From assembly GCA_032654645.1 (NCBI GenBank), contig JAULAW010000005.1:741541-805540 (forward strand): a DNA stretch of 64,000 bases, written 5' to 3'. This document shows positions 9,355 through 18,815 of the stretch, piece after piece. A program made the position numbers and the translations under genes. The notes under the pieces are model-generated. The model made no database searches and was not told the DNA's origin. It saw nothing but the letters and a program-made list of their open reading frames with translations. Numbering within the stretch: the stretch's first letter is position 1; every line of letters starts with the position of its first letter. This stretch comes from Gallionellaceae bacterium (GTDB taxonomy: Bacteria; Pseudomonadota; Gammaproteobacteria; Burkholderiales; Gallionellaceae).

Positions 9355-12327
9355 TTGCCCGCCCAATTCTCCGACTTCTACAACAGCCTCGACCCTGACC
9401 CGGCCAAGCGCGGCAAACAGTTCGAGCGCTTCGTTCTGTGGTTCCTCAAGGCCGATCCAGAATGGGCTACCCAGGTTGACCAGGTATGGCTGTGGGATGA
9501 ATGGCCGGGACGCTGGGGGCCGGACTGCGGCATTGACCTTGTCATACTCCACAAAAACGGCGGCCACTGGGCGGTGCAGGTCAAGTGCTACGCGCCCGGC
9601 TACGACATCACCAAACACGATGTCGATACATTTCTCAGCGAGTCTAGCCGCAAGGAAATTATTACTCATCGCCTGCTGATCGCCACCACCGACGGTATCG
9701 GCGCAAACGCTAGAAGAGTTTGTGATGATCACGGAGTCATCCGCTTTCTGCTCTCCGACTTCGAGAAATCCGCGCTGGACTATCCGGCAAACATAAACGA
9801 ACTCTCCCAAGCCAAACGCAAACCCCGCCCCGAACCCCGCGACCACCAGGTTGAGGCCAGAGCCGCCGTCGTGCATGGCCTGCAAACCGCCGACCGTGGG
9901 CAACTCATCATGGCCTGCGGCACCGGCAAAACTTACGTCACGCTATGGATCAAGGAAGCGCTGGGGGCGCGACTCACCTTGGTGCTGGTTCCGTCCCTGG
10001 GGCTGCTGTCCCAGATACTGCGCGAATGGACATTCGCCGCCACTATCCCGTTTGAAGTGCTGTGCGTCTGCTCGGATCAAACTGTCGGTACCAAGGGGCA
10101 CGACGAAGCTATCCACAGCGTGGCCGACCTGGCCTTTCCCGTCACCTCAGACGTTGACGAAGTAAAACGCTTTCTCAGCGGCGCAGGCAACCGCGTGGTG
10201 TTCGCAACCTATCAATCTTCTTCCGTCATCGCCGCCGCCCAAGCCGACCCGGCCATCCCCGCGTTTGATCTGGCCGTGGCGGATGAAGCGCACCGTTGCG
10301 CGGGCAAGGTCGGCAGCGACTTCACCGCCATCCTCGACAACGGCCAGATACGCAGCAAAAAGCGGCTATTCGCCACCGCCACCCCTCGCACCTACTCCAG
10401 CACCGTGCATAAAACTGCCGCAGATCGCGGTGTCGAAGTGGTCGGCATGGACAACGCCACCCTGTTTGGCGAAGTGCTGTATGCCCTGCCGTTCGGCAAA
10501 GCCATCGAACAAAAACTGCTCACCGATTACCGCGTCGTCATCATCGGCGTGGACGACCCCACCATCGCGCAGTGGATCGCCAACCGCGAACTGGTCACCC
10601 TTTCGCCCCTTCCCCCGCAGGCGGGGGAAGGCTGGGATGAGGGGCGTGAATACAACGCGCATCAACAACCGAAGGCGATAAACACTTTCCGTGAAACCGA
10701 CAGCGAATCGCTCGCCGCCCAGATCGGCCTGCTCAAAGCCATCAAAGACTACGACCTCAAGCGCATCATCAGCTTCCACAGCCGCGTCAAGCGCGCCGAA
10801 GCCTTCACCACCGACATGCAAAACACCCTGCAGTGGATCAGCGACGAACACCGCCCCAGCGGAACCCTGCGCACCGATTTCGTCTCCGGCAACATGCCCG
10901 CCAACAAACGCAAGATCAAGCTTGATCAACTCAAAGCCTTGGGTGCAGACGAACGCGGCGAAAATTCAAAATTGCCTCTCTCGTCTGCCTCCTCTCCCGC
11001 TTGCGGGGGAGGATTGAGGAGGGGGCTACTGAGCAATGCGCGCTGCCTGTCCGAAGGCGTGGACGTGCCATCGCTCGACGGCGTGGCATTCATCGACCCG
11101 CGCAGCAGCCAAGTGGACATCATTCAGGCCGTGGGTCGCGCCATACGCCTGAGTCCGGACAAGAAGGCCGGCACGATTGTGTTGCCGGTGTTTATCGCCG
11201 ATGGCGAAGATGCCGCAAGCACGATTGAGGCGAGTAACTTCAAACCTGTTTGGGAGGTGCTGAATGCGTTGAAGGCGCACGATGATGTGCTGGCTTGCGA
11301 GCTGGATCAGATCAGGACCGAACTGGGGAGGAAGTCCGGTGCAGGTGTTAGCGCCGATGGCCTGCACAAGATCGCGATTGATTTGCCTGCTACGATGGAT
11401 GCGAATTTTGGCAGCGCATTGCGCACCTATCTTGTTGAGCAAATCACAGCGCCTTGGAATTTTTGGATTGGGTTATTGGAGGCGTTCGTAGAACAAGAAG
11501 GACACTCCAATGTGCCTGGTGGTTACAAAACAGTAGATGGGTATCGACTCGGTAAATGGGTAAGCCATCAACGAACGGCAAATCACAGCCTGCCATCGGA
11601 GCGTAAAGTACAGCTGGAAGCATTACCAGATTGGTGTTGGAATGCAATTGATGAGCAGTGGGAGGAAGGGTTTCGATATCTCAAGGAATTCGCAGATCGA
11701 GAGGGGCATGCCAAGGTGCCTGTCGATTACAGAACGGCAGATGGATATCGAGTCGGCGGCTGGGTAAGAAGGCAACGAGCGTATGTAGATAGCCTGTCAC
11801 CAGAGCGCAAAGCGCGGCTGGAGACATTACCCGGTTGGCGTTGGGATACATATGCAGATATGTGGAAAGAAGGGTTTCGCTGTATCGAGGAATTCGCAGG
11901 CCGTGAGGGTCATGCCAACGTTTCTAGTAATTTCAAAACGGCAGATGGATATCGACTTGGATTATGGGTAAGTAACCAACGGAGTAGAAAAGACCGGCTT
12001 ACCTTGGAATGCAAAGCACGGCTGGAAGCATTGCCCGGTTGGAGTTGGGATGCTCGTGAAACACTGTGGGAAGAAGGGTTTCGCTATCTCAAGGAATTCG
12101 CAGGTCAAAAGGGGCATGCCAAGGTTCCTATAGATTACAAATCGGCAGATGGATATCACCTTGGTCAGTGGGTAGGTAGTCAACGAAATGCAAAAGACAG
12201 TATGTCACCGGAGCGTAAAGCACGGCTGGAGGCGTTACCCGGTTGGGTTTGGGATATACTGGGGTTGGTAGCAAAGGACAAGAGGCAAATCAATTCTGAC
12301 CTAATGAATATTGAGGTTCCCTTCTAA
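9355..12327 (+). CDS. fusion protein: N-terminal Mrr-type PD-(D/E)xK nuclease domain, SF2 (ResIII/DEAH) helicase, 4 C-terminal helicase-associated (HA) repeats
   Basis: GIDLV...WAVQVKCY (D...QxK). Walker [13 protein letters not shown] box VADEAHR, motif [10 protein letters not shown]. Four ~68-aa repeats of W(E/K)EGF..L.EF..REGHA.V....K.ADGY.LG.WV..QR......[14 protein letters not shown]. Start is TTG. Confidence 0.8.
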   Translation: MPAQFSDFYNSLDPDPAKRGKQFERFVLWFLKADPEWATQVDQVWLWDEWPGRWGPDCGIDLVILHKNGGHWAVQVKCYAPGYDITKHDVDTFLSESSRKEIITHRLLIATTDGIGANARRVCDDHGVIRFLLSDFEKSALDYPANINELSQAKRKPRPEPRDHQVEARAAVVHGLQTADRGQLIMACGTGKTYVTLWIKEALGARLTLVLVPSLGLLSQILREWTFAATIPFEVLCVCSDQTVGTKGHDEAIHSVADLAFPVTSDVDEVKRFLSGAGNRVVFATYQSSSVIAAAQADPAIPAFDLAVADEAHRCAGKVGSDFTAILDNGQIRSKKRLFATATPRTYSSTVHKTAADRGVEVVGMDNATLFGEVLYALPFGKAIEQKLLTDYRVVIIGVDDPTIAQWIANRELVTLSPLPPQAGEGWDEGREYNAHQQPKAINTFRETDSESLAAQIGLLKAIKDYDLKRIISFHSRVKRAEAFTTDMQNTLQWISDEHRPSGTLRTDFVSGNMPANKRKIKLDQLKALGADERGENSKLPLSSASSPACGGGLRRGLLSNARCLSEGVDVPSLDGVAFIDPRSSQVDIIQAVGRAIRLSPDKKAGTIVLPVFIADGEDAASTIEASNFKPVWEVLNALKAHDDVLACELDQIRTELGRKSGAGVSADGLHKIAIDLPATMDANFGSALRTYLVEQITAPWNFWIGLLEAFVEQEGHSNVPGGYKTVDGYRLGKWVSHQRTANHSLPSERKVQLEALPDWCWNAIDEQWEEGFRYLKEFADREGHAKVPVDYRTADGYRVGGWVRRQRAYVDSLSPERKARLETLPGWRWDTYADMWKEGFRCIEEFAGREGHANVSSNFKTADGYRLGLWVSNQRSRKDRLTLECKARLEALPGWSWDARETLWEEGFRYLKEFAGQKGHAKVPIDYKSADGYHLGQWVGSQRNAKDSMSPERKARLEALPGWVWDILGLVAKDKRQINSDLMNIEVPF
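10603..10646. repeat. family-1 REP-like palindrome embedded in frame in the helicase CDS
   Basis: cgccccttcccccgcaggcgggggaaggctgggatgaggggcg, translated as [15 protein letters not shown]. Confidence 0.6.
10975..11028. repeat. family-1 REP-like palindrome embedded in frame in the helicase CDS
   Basis: cctcctctcccgcttgcgggggaggattgaggaggggg, translated as [18 protein letters not shown]. It sits just before the [12 protein letters not shown] helicase motif. The cctcaatcctccc core is shared with 28118-28135. Confidence 0.6.
11451..12260 (+). repeat. four tandem ~204-bp coding repeats (HA domains) inside the helicase gene
   Basis: Repeated peptide units seen in the translation. A fifth, frameshifted unit remnant follows the stop codon at 12340-12435. 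Confidence 0.8.
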
Positions 12328-12527
12328 TAAAGCGGAAGGATGGGTGGTGCGTAGCGATGCAAAAAGACCGTATGGCACCAGATCGCAAAGCACTGCTGGA
12401 AGCATTGCCCGGTTGGGCTTGGCGGGTTAAATGATGCAGCTATGCGATTGCAGCCGAAAATACGGGCGAAAGGGGTCGGGTTCGGATTAAATTCGGAAAT
12501 CAAACGGGGCAATATCGCAGTTGCGCA

Positions 12528-12900
12528 TCATGCCGGATAGGGCAACAAATTCAGGTTTTCAATGTATCGAAAATGCCGTTGATTCTTGCTGACCAATGGA
12601 ATGTTTTGGCTCAATGCGGTGGCTGCAATGAAGCCATCGGCCATTGCGATTCCGTGGCTAAGACGATAATGGTCAAACAGCGTTACTGCAATTCGGGAAA
12701 TTTCTGGAGTCAACTCAAGTTCTGAAAATTGGCGTACTGTTGCTTGGGTCAAATTCCATTCGCGTGAATTTCGGCAGCCTGCGAGGAGTTCCAGTCGTGT
12801 AATCCAGGACATGCTGTGTCGCACTCTTGCCAAGAAATTATTTGGCTTGCGCATCACCTCTTGCTCCATCAATAATGATGTCGCTATCAATCAGCAGCAC
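12528..12900 (-). pseudogene. vapC: PIN-domain VapC toxin, frameshifted
   Basis: The body is in one frame (...ITRLELLAGCRNSREW...MADGFIAATALSQNIPLVSKNQRHFRYI). The N-terminus with the catalytic Asp (V-LLIDSDIIIDGARGDAQAK*) is in another frame and ends at TAA 12840-12838. Confidence 0.65.
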
Positions 12901-13134
12901 GGCGGCCTTCCCATTCACTTTGGCGCAAGGCATGAACGTATGTAGTGCTATCGTTCATTCCTGGACGGTCGGCCTACATCCCGAAGAAAGGGGTTTGCAG
13001 ATCGAGTTCTGTATGTTTTGTTAAGGCAGGTTTTGCTTCGTTACGCGACAGAAGAAACTCAACAAAGCCTGAAAGTTCCTCCTGTTTTTCTTTCGGCAGT
13101 ACGGTAGCGCGCTGTAATATTCTGCAAGCGTCAT
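12887..13134 (-). pseudogene. VapB/DUF2281-like antitoxin with in-frame TAG and probable 5' frameshift
   Basis: ...ILQRATVLPKEKQEELSGFVEFLLSRNE...FFGM*ADRPEMNDSTTYVHALRQSEWEGRRAAD with TAG at 12976-12974 where W is expected. The RBS-preceded ATG at 13134 is out of frame with the body. The stop overlaps the vapC GTG start. Confidence 0.55.
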
Positions 13135-13290
13135 GATGCCGCTCCTTATGCAATTCTATTTTGAAAGTGTTAGCGCCTGTCTGATCAGATAAGATTGTAA
13201 CTAAATTGCGCCGCTAATGCGAAGGGAACGCAGAACAACCGGGAACAGACCACGGTTTCAATCTACCTCAAATTGCCAGTTGTTCCGGCA

Positions 13291-13464
13291 CTATCCCCAA
13301 CCTCGGCGATTTTTTCGCGGGTGGATTTTCTGACGGGTTCCTTGGCTTCTTGCTGGGCGTATCCGTGCCGCCTCGGCTTGCGTCAGCCGCCCTGCATTCC
13401 ATCCTTCATACGCTTCCTCGAATCTCATCTTCCGTATCTCCTGTAGCACTTTTGTCGGCTGCAT
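13291..13464 (-). pseudogene. N-terminal fragment of an IS transposase (ISNCY-like HTH region), remnant
   Basis: MQPTKVLQEIRKMRFEEAYEGWNAGRLTQAEAA... resembles transposase N-termini of that type, then degenerates. No catalytic domain follows. Confidence 0.3.
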
Positions 13465-13556
13465 ATCGCCCTCCTCGGGCAATAGGACAACCGGACAGAT
13501 TGCGTGCTACAAAACCGGACAGATCAAAAGCTCGCAACAGTGTCTTCATTAACTGG

Positions 13557-13585
13557 TTGAGCACGGGCAGGGCTGGTGTTACAAT
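13557..13585 (+). promoter_or_regulatory. putative sigma70 promoter of rpsB-tsf
   Basis: TTGAGC, 17-nt spacer, TACAAT. This lies about 120 nt upstream of the rpsB ATG, leaving a leader of the length known for S2-autoregulated rpsB mRNAs. Confidence 0.5.
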
Positions 13586-13704
13586 GCACGCCCCGTTTGT
13601 CAGTCGGTTCACAAACGGAAATCCACACACTCGTTCATGTTGGGGTGCCAGCAATGGTCAAGCTGACGGGTGGAAGAACTTAACCCTTAACACATGGAGT
13701 ATTT

Positions 13705-14430
13705 ATGGCTGTATCTATGCGTCAAATGTTGGAAGCGGGTGTCCATTTCGGACATCAAACCCGATTTTGGAATCCCAAGATGGCTCCTTTTATTTTCGGC
13801 CATCACAATAAGATTCACATCATCAACCTGGAAAAAACCGTTGTCATGTTCAATGATGCGATGAAGTTCGTGCGCAAGCTGGCTGCCGGAAAAGGCACGG
13901 TGCTGTTTGTGGCGACCAAGCGCCAGGCGCGCGAGATCATCAAGGAAGAAGCGTCACGTGCGGGTTGCCCATATGTGGATTACCGCTGGCTGGGCGGTAT
14001 GCTGACCAATTTCAAGACGGTGCAGCAATCCATCAAACGCTTGCATGACCTGGAAGCGTTGATGCAGGACAGCGTCGCCATGGAAAAAATTTCCAAGAAG
14101 GAAGGCCTGATGATGCAGCGCGAACTGGAGAAATTGGATCGCAGCCTTGGCGGCATCAAGAATATGGGTGTCCTGCCCACCGCAATTTTCGTGATTGATG
14201 TCGGCTACCAGAAAGGCGCCATCGTGGAAGCGCAGAAACTCGGCATCCCGGTGATCGGCGTGGTAGACACCAACCATTCCCCGCTCGGCGTGGATTACAT
14301 CATTCCGGGTAACGACGACTCCAGCCAGGCGATACGCCTGTATGCGCGCGGAGTGGCCGATGCGGTTCTGGAAGGACGCGAGCAGGCGCTCAACGAGGTC
14401 GTTGCGCTGGTCGAAGAACAGGCAGCTTAA
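13705..14430 (+). CDS. rpsB: 30S ribosomal protein S2
   Basis: [26 protein letters not shown]... Confidence 0.97.
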   Translation: MAVSMRQMLEAGVHFGHQTRFWNPKMAPFIFGHHNKIHIINLEKTVVMFNDAMKFVRKLAAGKGTVLFVATKRQAREIIKEEASRAGCPYVDYRWLGGMLTNFKTVQQSIKRLHDLEALMQDSVAMEKISKKEGLMMQRELEKLDRSLGGIKNMGVLPTAIFVIDVGYQKGAIVEAQKLGIPVIGVVDTNHSPLGVDYIIPGNDDSSQAIRLYARGVADAVLEGREQALNEVVALVEEQAA

Positions 14431-14437
14431 TTCATCT

Positions 14438-14532
14438 AGTAGCTGGTAGCGGGTAGCTTGTAGCTGATTATTAAGTCGCGCAACGCGCGGTTTGTTTGGC
14501 TACCCGCCACGGGCTACAAGCTACCCGCTACA
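14438..14532. repeat. family-2 palindromic element (GCTGGTAGC / GCTACAAGCTACC type)
   Basis: tagctggtagcgggtagcttgtagc ... gctacaagctacccgctaca form inverted arms. The same motif family recurs at 16778-16840. Confidence 0.7.
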
Positions 14533-14533
14533 T

Positions 14534-14554
14534 GGGGCGCAAGCCCCTTTTTTT
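14534..14554 (+). terminator. rho-independent terminator/attenuator between rpsB and tsf
   Basis: ggggc-gcaa-gcccc hairpin followed by T7. Confidence 0.7.
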
Positions 14555-14582
14555 GTAGGTTCAGTTTTAAAGGAGTGTGGCA

Positions 14583-15482
14583 ATGGCGGAAATTACCGCA
14601 AGTATGGTGAAGGAACTGCGCGAGGCGACCGGCCTCGGCATGATGGACTGCAAGAAGGCATTGGCGGAAACCGATGGCGATTTCAAGGCGGCTGAAGAGT
14701 TGCTGCGTATCAAGAGCGGCGCCAAGGCGAGCAAGGCGGCTTCGCGCGTGGCGGCTGAAGGTGTGGTTGGCGTCTTTATCAGCGCGGATGGCAAGACCGG
14801 CGCGCTGGCGGAAGTGAATTGCGAAACCGATTTCGTGGCAAGAAATGAAGACCTTTTGGCTTTCGCCAAGAATGTGGCGCAAGCCGTGGTGCAGAACAAT
14901 CCCGCCGATGTCGCGGCATTGGCCGCAGGCACGCTACCTGATGGCGGAAACGTGGAAGAGGTGCGCAAGGCCCTGCTCATGAAACTGGGCGAAAATATCA
15001 GCGTGCGCCGCTTCGCGCGCTACGCCACGCGCACTGGCAAGTTATCGTCCTATCTGCACGGCAATAAGATTGGCGTGATGGTGGAATATGCAGGCGGCGA
15101 CGAGATGCTGGGCAGGGACTTGGCGATGCACATCGCGGCCAGCAAGCCGAAGGCGATGGATGCTTCCGGCGTGAGCGCCGAGGATATTGCCACCGAGCGC
15201 CGCATCGCGATCGAGAAGGCGCGCGAAGCCGGCAAAGCGGAAGCCATGCTGGAAAAAATCGCTGAGGGTACGGTGCAGAAATTTCTCAAGGAAGTGACAT
15301 TGCTTGGTCAAGTGTTCGTCAAGGCAGAGGATGGCAAGCAGACCATCGAACAGTTGCTGAAGGGCAAGGGCGCTTCCGTGGCGGCATTCCAGATGTTCGT
15401 GGTGGGCGAGGGCATCGAGAAGAAAGTCGAGGACTATGCCGCCGAAGTGGCGGCTGCTGTAGCCGCTGCGGCGAAGGTGTAA
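14583..15482 (+). CDS. tsf: elongation factor Ts
   Basis: [30 protein letters not shown] aaggag lies 7 nt upstream of ATG 14583. Confidence 0.97.
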   Translation: MAEITASMVKELREATGLGMMDCKKALAETDGDFKAAEELLRIKSGAKASKAASRVAAEGVVGVFISADGKTGALAEVNCETDFVARNEDLLAFAKNVAQAVVQNNPADVAALAAGTLPDGGNVEEVRKALLMKLGENISVRRFARYATRTGKLSSYLHGNKIGVMVEYAGGDEMLGRDLAMHIAASKPKAMDASGVSAEDIATERRIAIEKAREAGKAEAMLEKIAEGTVQKFLKEVTLLGQVFVKAEDGKQTIEQLLKGKGASVAAFQMFVVGEGIEKKVEDYAAEVAAAVAAAAKV

Positions 15483-15486
15483 GCAG

Positions 15487-16203
15487 ATGGCAGCCCCCTA
15501 CAAGCGCATCCTGCTCAAACTGTCGGGCGAAGCATTGATGGGGGATGACAGCTACGGCATCAACCGCAGCGTGATCGAACGCATCGTCGGCGAGATCGGC
15601 GAGGTGGTTGCGCTGGGCGTGCAAGTGGCGATAGTGATCGGCGGCGGAAATATCTTTCGCGGCGTGGCGCCTGCCGCCGCGGGCATGGATCGCGCAACAG
15701 CAGACTATATGGGTATGCTGGCTACGGTGATGAACGCCATGGCCTTGCAGGATGCCATGAACCGCAGCGGCGTGGAATGCCGCGTGCAGTCCGCGCTCAA
15801 TCTGGAGCAGGTGGCCGAGCCGTTCATTCGCGGCAAGGCGCTGCGCTATCTGGAAGAGGGCAAAGTGGTGATTTTCGCGGCAGGCATCGGCAGCCCGTTC
15901 TTTACCACTGATACCGCCGCCGCTTTGCGTGGCGTGGAAATGGATGCGGAAGTCGTCATCAAGGCGACCAAGGTGGATGGCGTGTATACCGCCGACCCGA
16001 AAATAGATATTTCCGCCACCCGCTACCAGAAGCTGAGTTTCGATGAGGCAATTGCCAGGAACCTCAAGGTGATGGATGCCACCGCGTTAACCTTGTGCCG
16101 TGACCAGAGCCTGCCCATTATTGTGTTCAGTATTTTCAAGCCCGGTGCGCTGAAGCGCGTGGTGACAAAGCAGGATGAAGGGACGCTGGTACATTGCAAT
16201 TGA
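15487..16203 (+). CDS. pyrH: UMP kinase
   Basis: [13 protein letters not shown]...[10 protein letters not shown]. Confidence 0.97.
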   Translation: MAAPYKRILLKLSGEALMGDDSYGINRSVIERIVGEIGEVVALGVQVAIVIGGGNIFRGVAPAAAGMDRATADYMGMLATVMNAMALQDAMNRSGVECRVQSALNLEQVAEPFIRGKALRYLEEGKVVIFAAGIGSPFFTTDTAAALRGVEMDAEVVIKATKVDGVYTADPKIDISATRYQKLSFDEAIARNLKVMDATALTLCRDQSLPIIVFSIFKPGALKRVVTKQDEGTLVHCN

Positions 16204-16217
16204 TGGAGGGGAAAGTG

Positions 16218-16775
16218 ATGATTTCTGATGTCAAAAAAACCACCGAGCAAAAAATGAGCAAGACGCTGGAAGCGCTTATTGCGGACTTTGGCAAGGTGCG
16301 CACCGGCAGGGCGCACACCGGCATTCTGGATCATGTGACGGTGGATTATTACGGCAATCCCACGCTGCTTAACCAGGTTGCCAACATTACTCTGATCGAT
16401 GCACGCACCATCGGTGTGCAACCGTGGGAAAAGAAAATGATTCAGGTTGCAGAAAAGGCGATCCGCGACGCCGACCTTGGATTGAATCCTTCGACCAACG
16501 GCGATGTGATCCGCGTGCCGATGCCTTCTCTGACCGAAGAACGCCGCCGCGACTTGATCAAGGTGGTAAGGGGTGAAGCGGAGAACGCCAGGGTGGCGGT
16601 GCGCAACGTGCGCCGTGATTCAAATGAGCATCTCAAGAAACTGCTCAAGGATAAAAAGATAAGCGAAGATGATGAACGCCGCGCGCAGGATGACGTGCAG
16701 AAACTGACTGACCGCTTTGTCACAGAAATAGATAAGGCGCTGCAAGCTAAAGAAGCCGACCTGATGGCGGTGTAA
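16218..16775 (+). CDS. frr: ribosome recycling factor
   Basis: [20 protein letters not shown]... RBS ggagggg lies upstream of ATG 16218. Confidence 0.95.
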   Translation: MISDVKKTTEQKMSKTLEALIADFGKVRTGRAHTGILDHVTVDYYGNPTLLNQVANITLIDARTIGVQPWEKKMIQVAEKAIRDADLGLNPSTNGDVIRVPMPSLTEERRRDLIKVVRGEAENARVAVRNVRRDSNEHLKKLLKDKKISEDDERRAQDDVQKLTDRFVTEIDKALQAKEADLMAV

Positions 16776-16777
16776 TG

Positions 16778-16840
16778 AAGCTGGTAGCTTGTAGCGTGTA
16801 GCCAAACCCGGTTCTGCTACAAGCTACCGGCTACCAGCTA
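16778..16840. repeat. family-2 palindromic element, probable frr terminator hairpin
   Basis: gaagctggtagcttgtagc...gctacaagctaccggctaccagct. Confidence 0.65.
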
Positions 16841-16849
16841 AGGATTCCC

Positions 16850-17647
16850 ATGCCGTTATTCCAGAGCTCCACCCGCACCATCCCCGATGCTCCCAGCGTT
16901 CCGCAACATATTGCCATCATCATGGATGGCAATGGCCGCTGGGCAAAAAAGCGCTTCCTGCCCCGCGTGGCAGGGCATCAGCGCGGTGTGGAAACGGTGC
17001 GCGAGGTGGTGAAAGCCTGTCGCGAACTGGGGGTTGAGTACCTGACCTTGTTTGCCTTCAGCAGCGAGAACTGGCGGCGCCCTGCGGAAGAGGTTTCCTT
17101 CCTGATGCAGTTGTTCTTGAAAATGCTGGAACGTGAGGTCAGGAAGCTGCACGAGAATAACATCCGTCTCAAAATCATCGGTGACCGCAGCCATTTTGAC
17201 GACCAACTCAATCACCGTATTGCCGAAGCGGAACAGCTCACCGCAAGCAACACCAGCCTGACGCTTACCATTGCAGCCAATTACGGCGGGCGCTGGGACA
17301 TCATGCAGGCAGTACAGGCGATGTTGCAGGCGCGCCCCGAACTGTCCGTCGGTTTTAGCGAAACCGAGATCGAGCCCTATCTCTCCATGCAATATGCACC
17401 CGAGCCGGATTTGTTCATCCGCACCGGGGGCGAGCAGCGCATCAGCAATTTCCTGTTGTGGCAGATGGCTTACACCGAACTGTATTTTACCGATACGCTG
17501 TGGCCCGCTTTTGGCCGCGAGACATTGCATGCTGCAATCCAGTCTTACCAGATGCGCGAGCGGCGTTTCGGGCGGACCAGTGAACAAGTTCGGGGCGAGC
17601 AAGTGCAGGCCGGCGGGCAAATGCAGGAAAGAAAAATTGATGCTTAG
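16850..17647 (+). CDS. uppS: undecaprenyl diphosphate synthase
   Basis: [13 protein letters not shown]...FAFSSENW... Confidence 0.95.
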   Translation: MPLFQSSTRTIPDAPSVPQHIAIIMDGNGRWAKKRFLPRVAGHQRGVETVREVVKACRELGVEYLTLFAFSSENWRRPAEEVSFLMQLFLKMLEREVRKLHENNIRLKIIGDRSHFDDQLNHRIAEAEQLTASNTSLTLTIAANYGGRWDIMQAVQAMLQARPELSVGFSETEIEPYLSMQYAPEPDLFIRTGGEQRISNFLLWQMAYTELYFTDTLWPAFGRETLHAAIQSYQMRERRFGRTSEQVRGEQVQAGGQMQERKIDA

Positions 17648-18452
17648 GCAACGTGTCGTTACTGCGATCATCCTGCTGGCGCTGTTTCTGGCGGCATTGT
17701 TTTTTTTGCCCACGCCGGGATGGATTTTGCTGGTCATTATCATGGTGATGCAGGGAACATCGGAGTGGGCGCGTCTGACCAAATTGTCCAGCAAGGCAGC
17801 CAACAGTTATTGGTGGCTGACCCTGGCCGTGATGATAGTCATCGTGTTGCTTGATATGAACCATGCTTTGCCGCACTTGCCGGTTTATGCGCTGGCAGTA
17901 TTGTTGTGGCTGGTCGTGGCGCCCGCCTGGTTGGCGCTCGGCTGGCAAGTGCGCCAACCGGTGTTGATGGCGTTAACCGGCTGGGCGATATTGATCCCAA
18001 CCGGCCTGGCGATGATGGATTTGCGTGCGGCTAACCCATGGTGGCTGCTCGGGGTGATGGGGCTGGTATGGGTGGCGGACATCGCTGCCTATTTCGCCGG
18101 GCGCAAGTTCGGCAAAACCAAACTTGCACCCCGTATCAGCCCCGGCAAAACATGGGAAGGTGTGATCGGCGCTTTGCTCGGTGCGGCCATCTATGTGCCG
18201 CTGGTTATTTGGCTTGGCGGGTGGAGCGGCACCGCCTATCAAGCATTGCCCGTCCTGACTCTGATCGCCTGGGTGGGGGTGGGGTTGGCGGTGCTCGGCG
18301 ACCTGTTCGAATCCGCCATCAAGCGCCAAGCCGGAGTGAAGGATAGCGGCGCGCTGTTGCCAGGACATGGCGGATTACTGGATCGCATAGACGCGCTGAC
18401 TTCCACATTGCCTTTGGCCGCTCTTGCAATGATGCTGCAAAAATTGAGTTAA
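17640..18452 (+). CDS. cdsA: phosphatidate cytidylyltransferase
   Basis: [22 protein letters not shown]..., multi-TM, ...[32 protein letters not shown] 17640 overlaps the uppS end. The longer track ORF from 17271 is an upstream extension. Confidence 0.9.
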   Translation: MLRQRVVTAIILLALFLAALFFLPTPGWILLVIIMVMQGTSEWARLTKLSSKAANSYWWLTLAVMIVIVLLDMNHALPHLPVYALAVLLWLVVAPAWLALGWQVRQPVLMALTGWAILIPTGLAMMDLRAANPWWLLGVMGLVWVADIAAYFAGRKFGKTKLAPRISPGKTWEGVIGALLGAAIYVPLVIWLGGWSGTAYQALPVLTLIAWVGVGLAVLGDLFESAIKRQAGVKDSGALLPGHGGLLDRIDALTSTLPLAALAMMLQKLS

Positions 18453-18494
18453 CACTGTGTTTAATAAATAACCCAAGGCCGCGCAGGAAAACAC

Positions 18495-18815
18495 ATGATT
18501 TCAGAACAAACTATACAGCAAGCCGCACAGCTTTTAGGTGAAGCCGCCAAGCCCGCTAAAGTCATTCTGTTTGGTTCGTATGCACGCGGCGATGCGCAAG
18601 AAAATTCGGACTTGGATTTCTTGGTCATCGAGCCGGAGCTACACGACAAATTCAACGAGATGGTGCGCTTAAGGCAAGTGCTGCGCCCATTAAGAGTGCC
18701 GGTAGATGTGTTGGTTTATTCGCAAGCGGAAATTAACCAGCAACAAGGTTGCTGCTCTACCGCTGTCTATTGGGCATTGCGCGAAGGCAGAGTGTTATAT
18801 GACACAGCCCATTGA
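18495..18815 (+). CDS. MNT-type nucleotidyltransferase (antitoxin of a HEPN/MNT module)
   Basis: LFGSYARGDAQENSDLDFLV motif. Confidence 0.8.
   Translation: MISEQTIQQAAQLLGEAAKPAKVILFGSYARGDAQENSDLDFLVIEPELHDKFNEMVRLRQVLRPLRVPVDVLVYSQAEINQQQGCCSTAVYWALREGRVLYDTAH

Noticed and set aside
11451-12260. Regular ~204-bp tandem repeats that could be mistaken for a repeat array or CRISPR
   Set aside because: The units are far longer than CRISPR repeats, there are no spacers, and they translate in frame into helicase-associated domains of the 990-aa protein.
13350-13811. 153-aa plus-strand ORF spanning the rpsB promoter and start
   Set aside because: It overlaps the IS relic, the predicted promoter and the rpsB 5' end in a different frame. 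Its composition is non-protein-like.
17271-17639. Upstream extensions of cdsA (17271), bamA (21728), lpxA (26063), frr (16194) and radA (48798) in the ORF track
   Set aside because: The extensions overlap the preceding genes in another frame and lack family similarity. Internal starts give canonical N-termini and operon-style overlaps.
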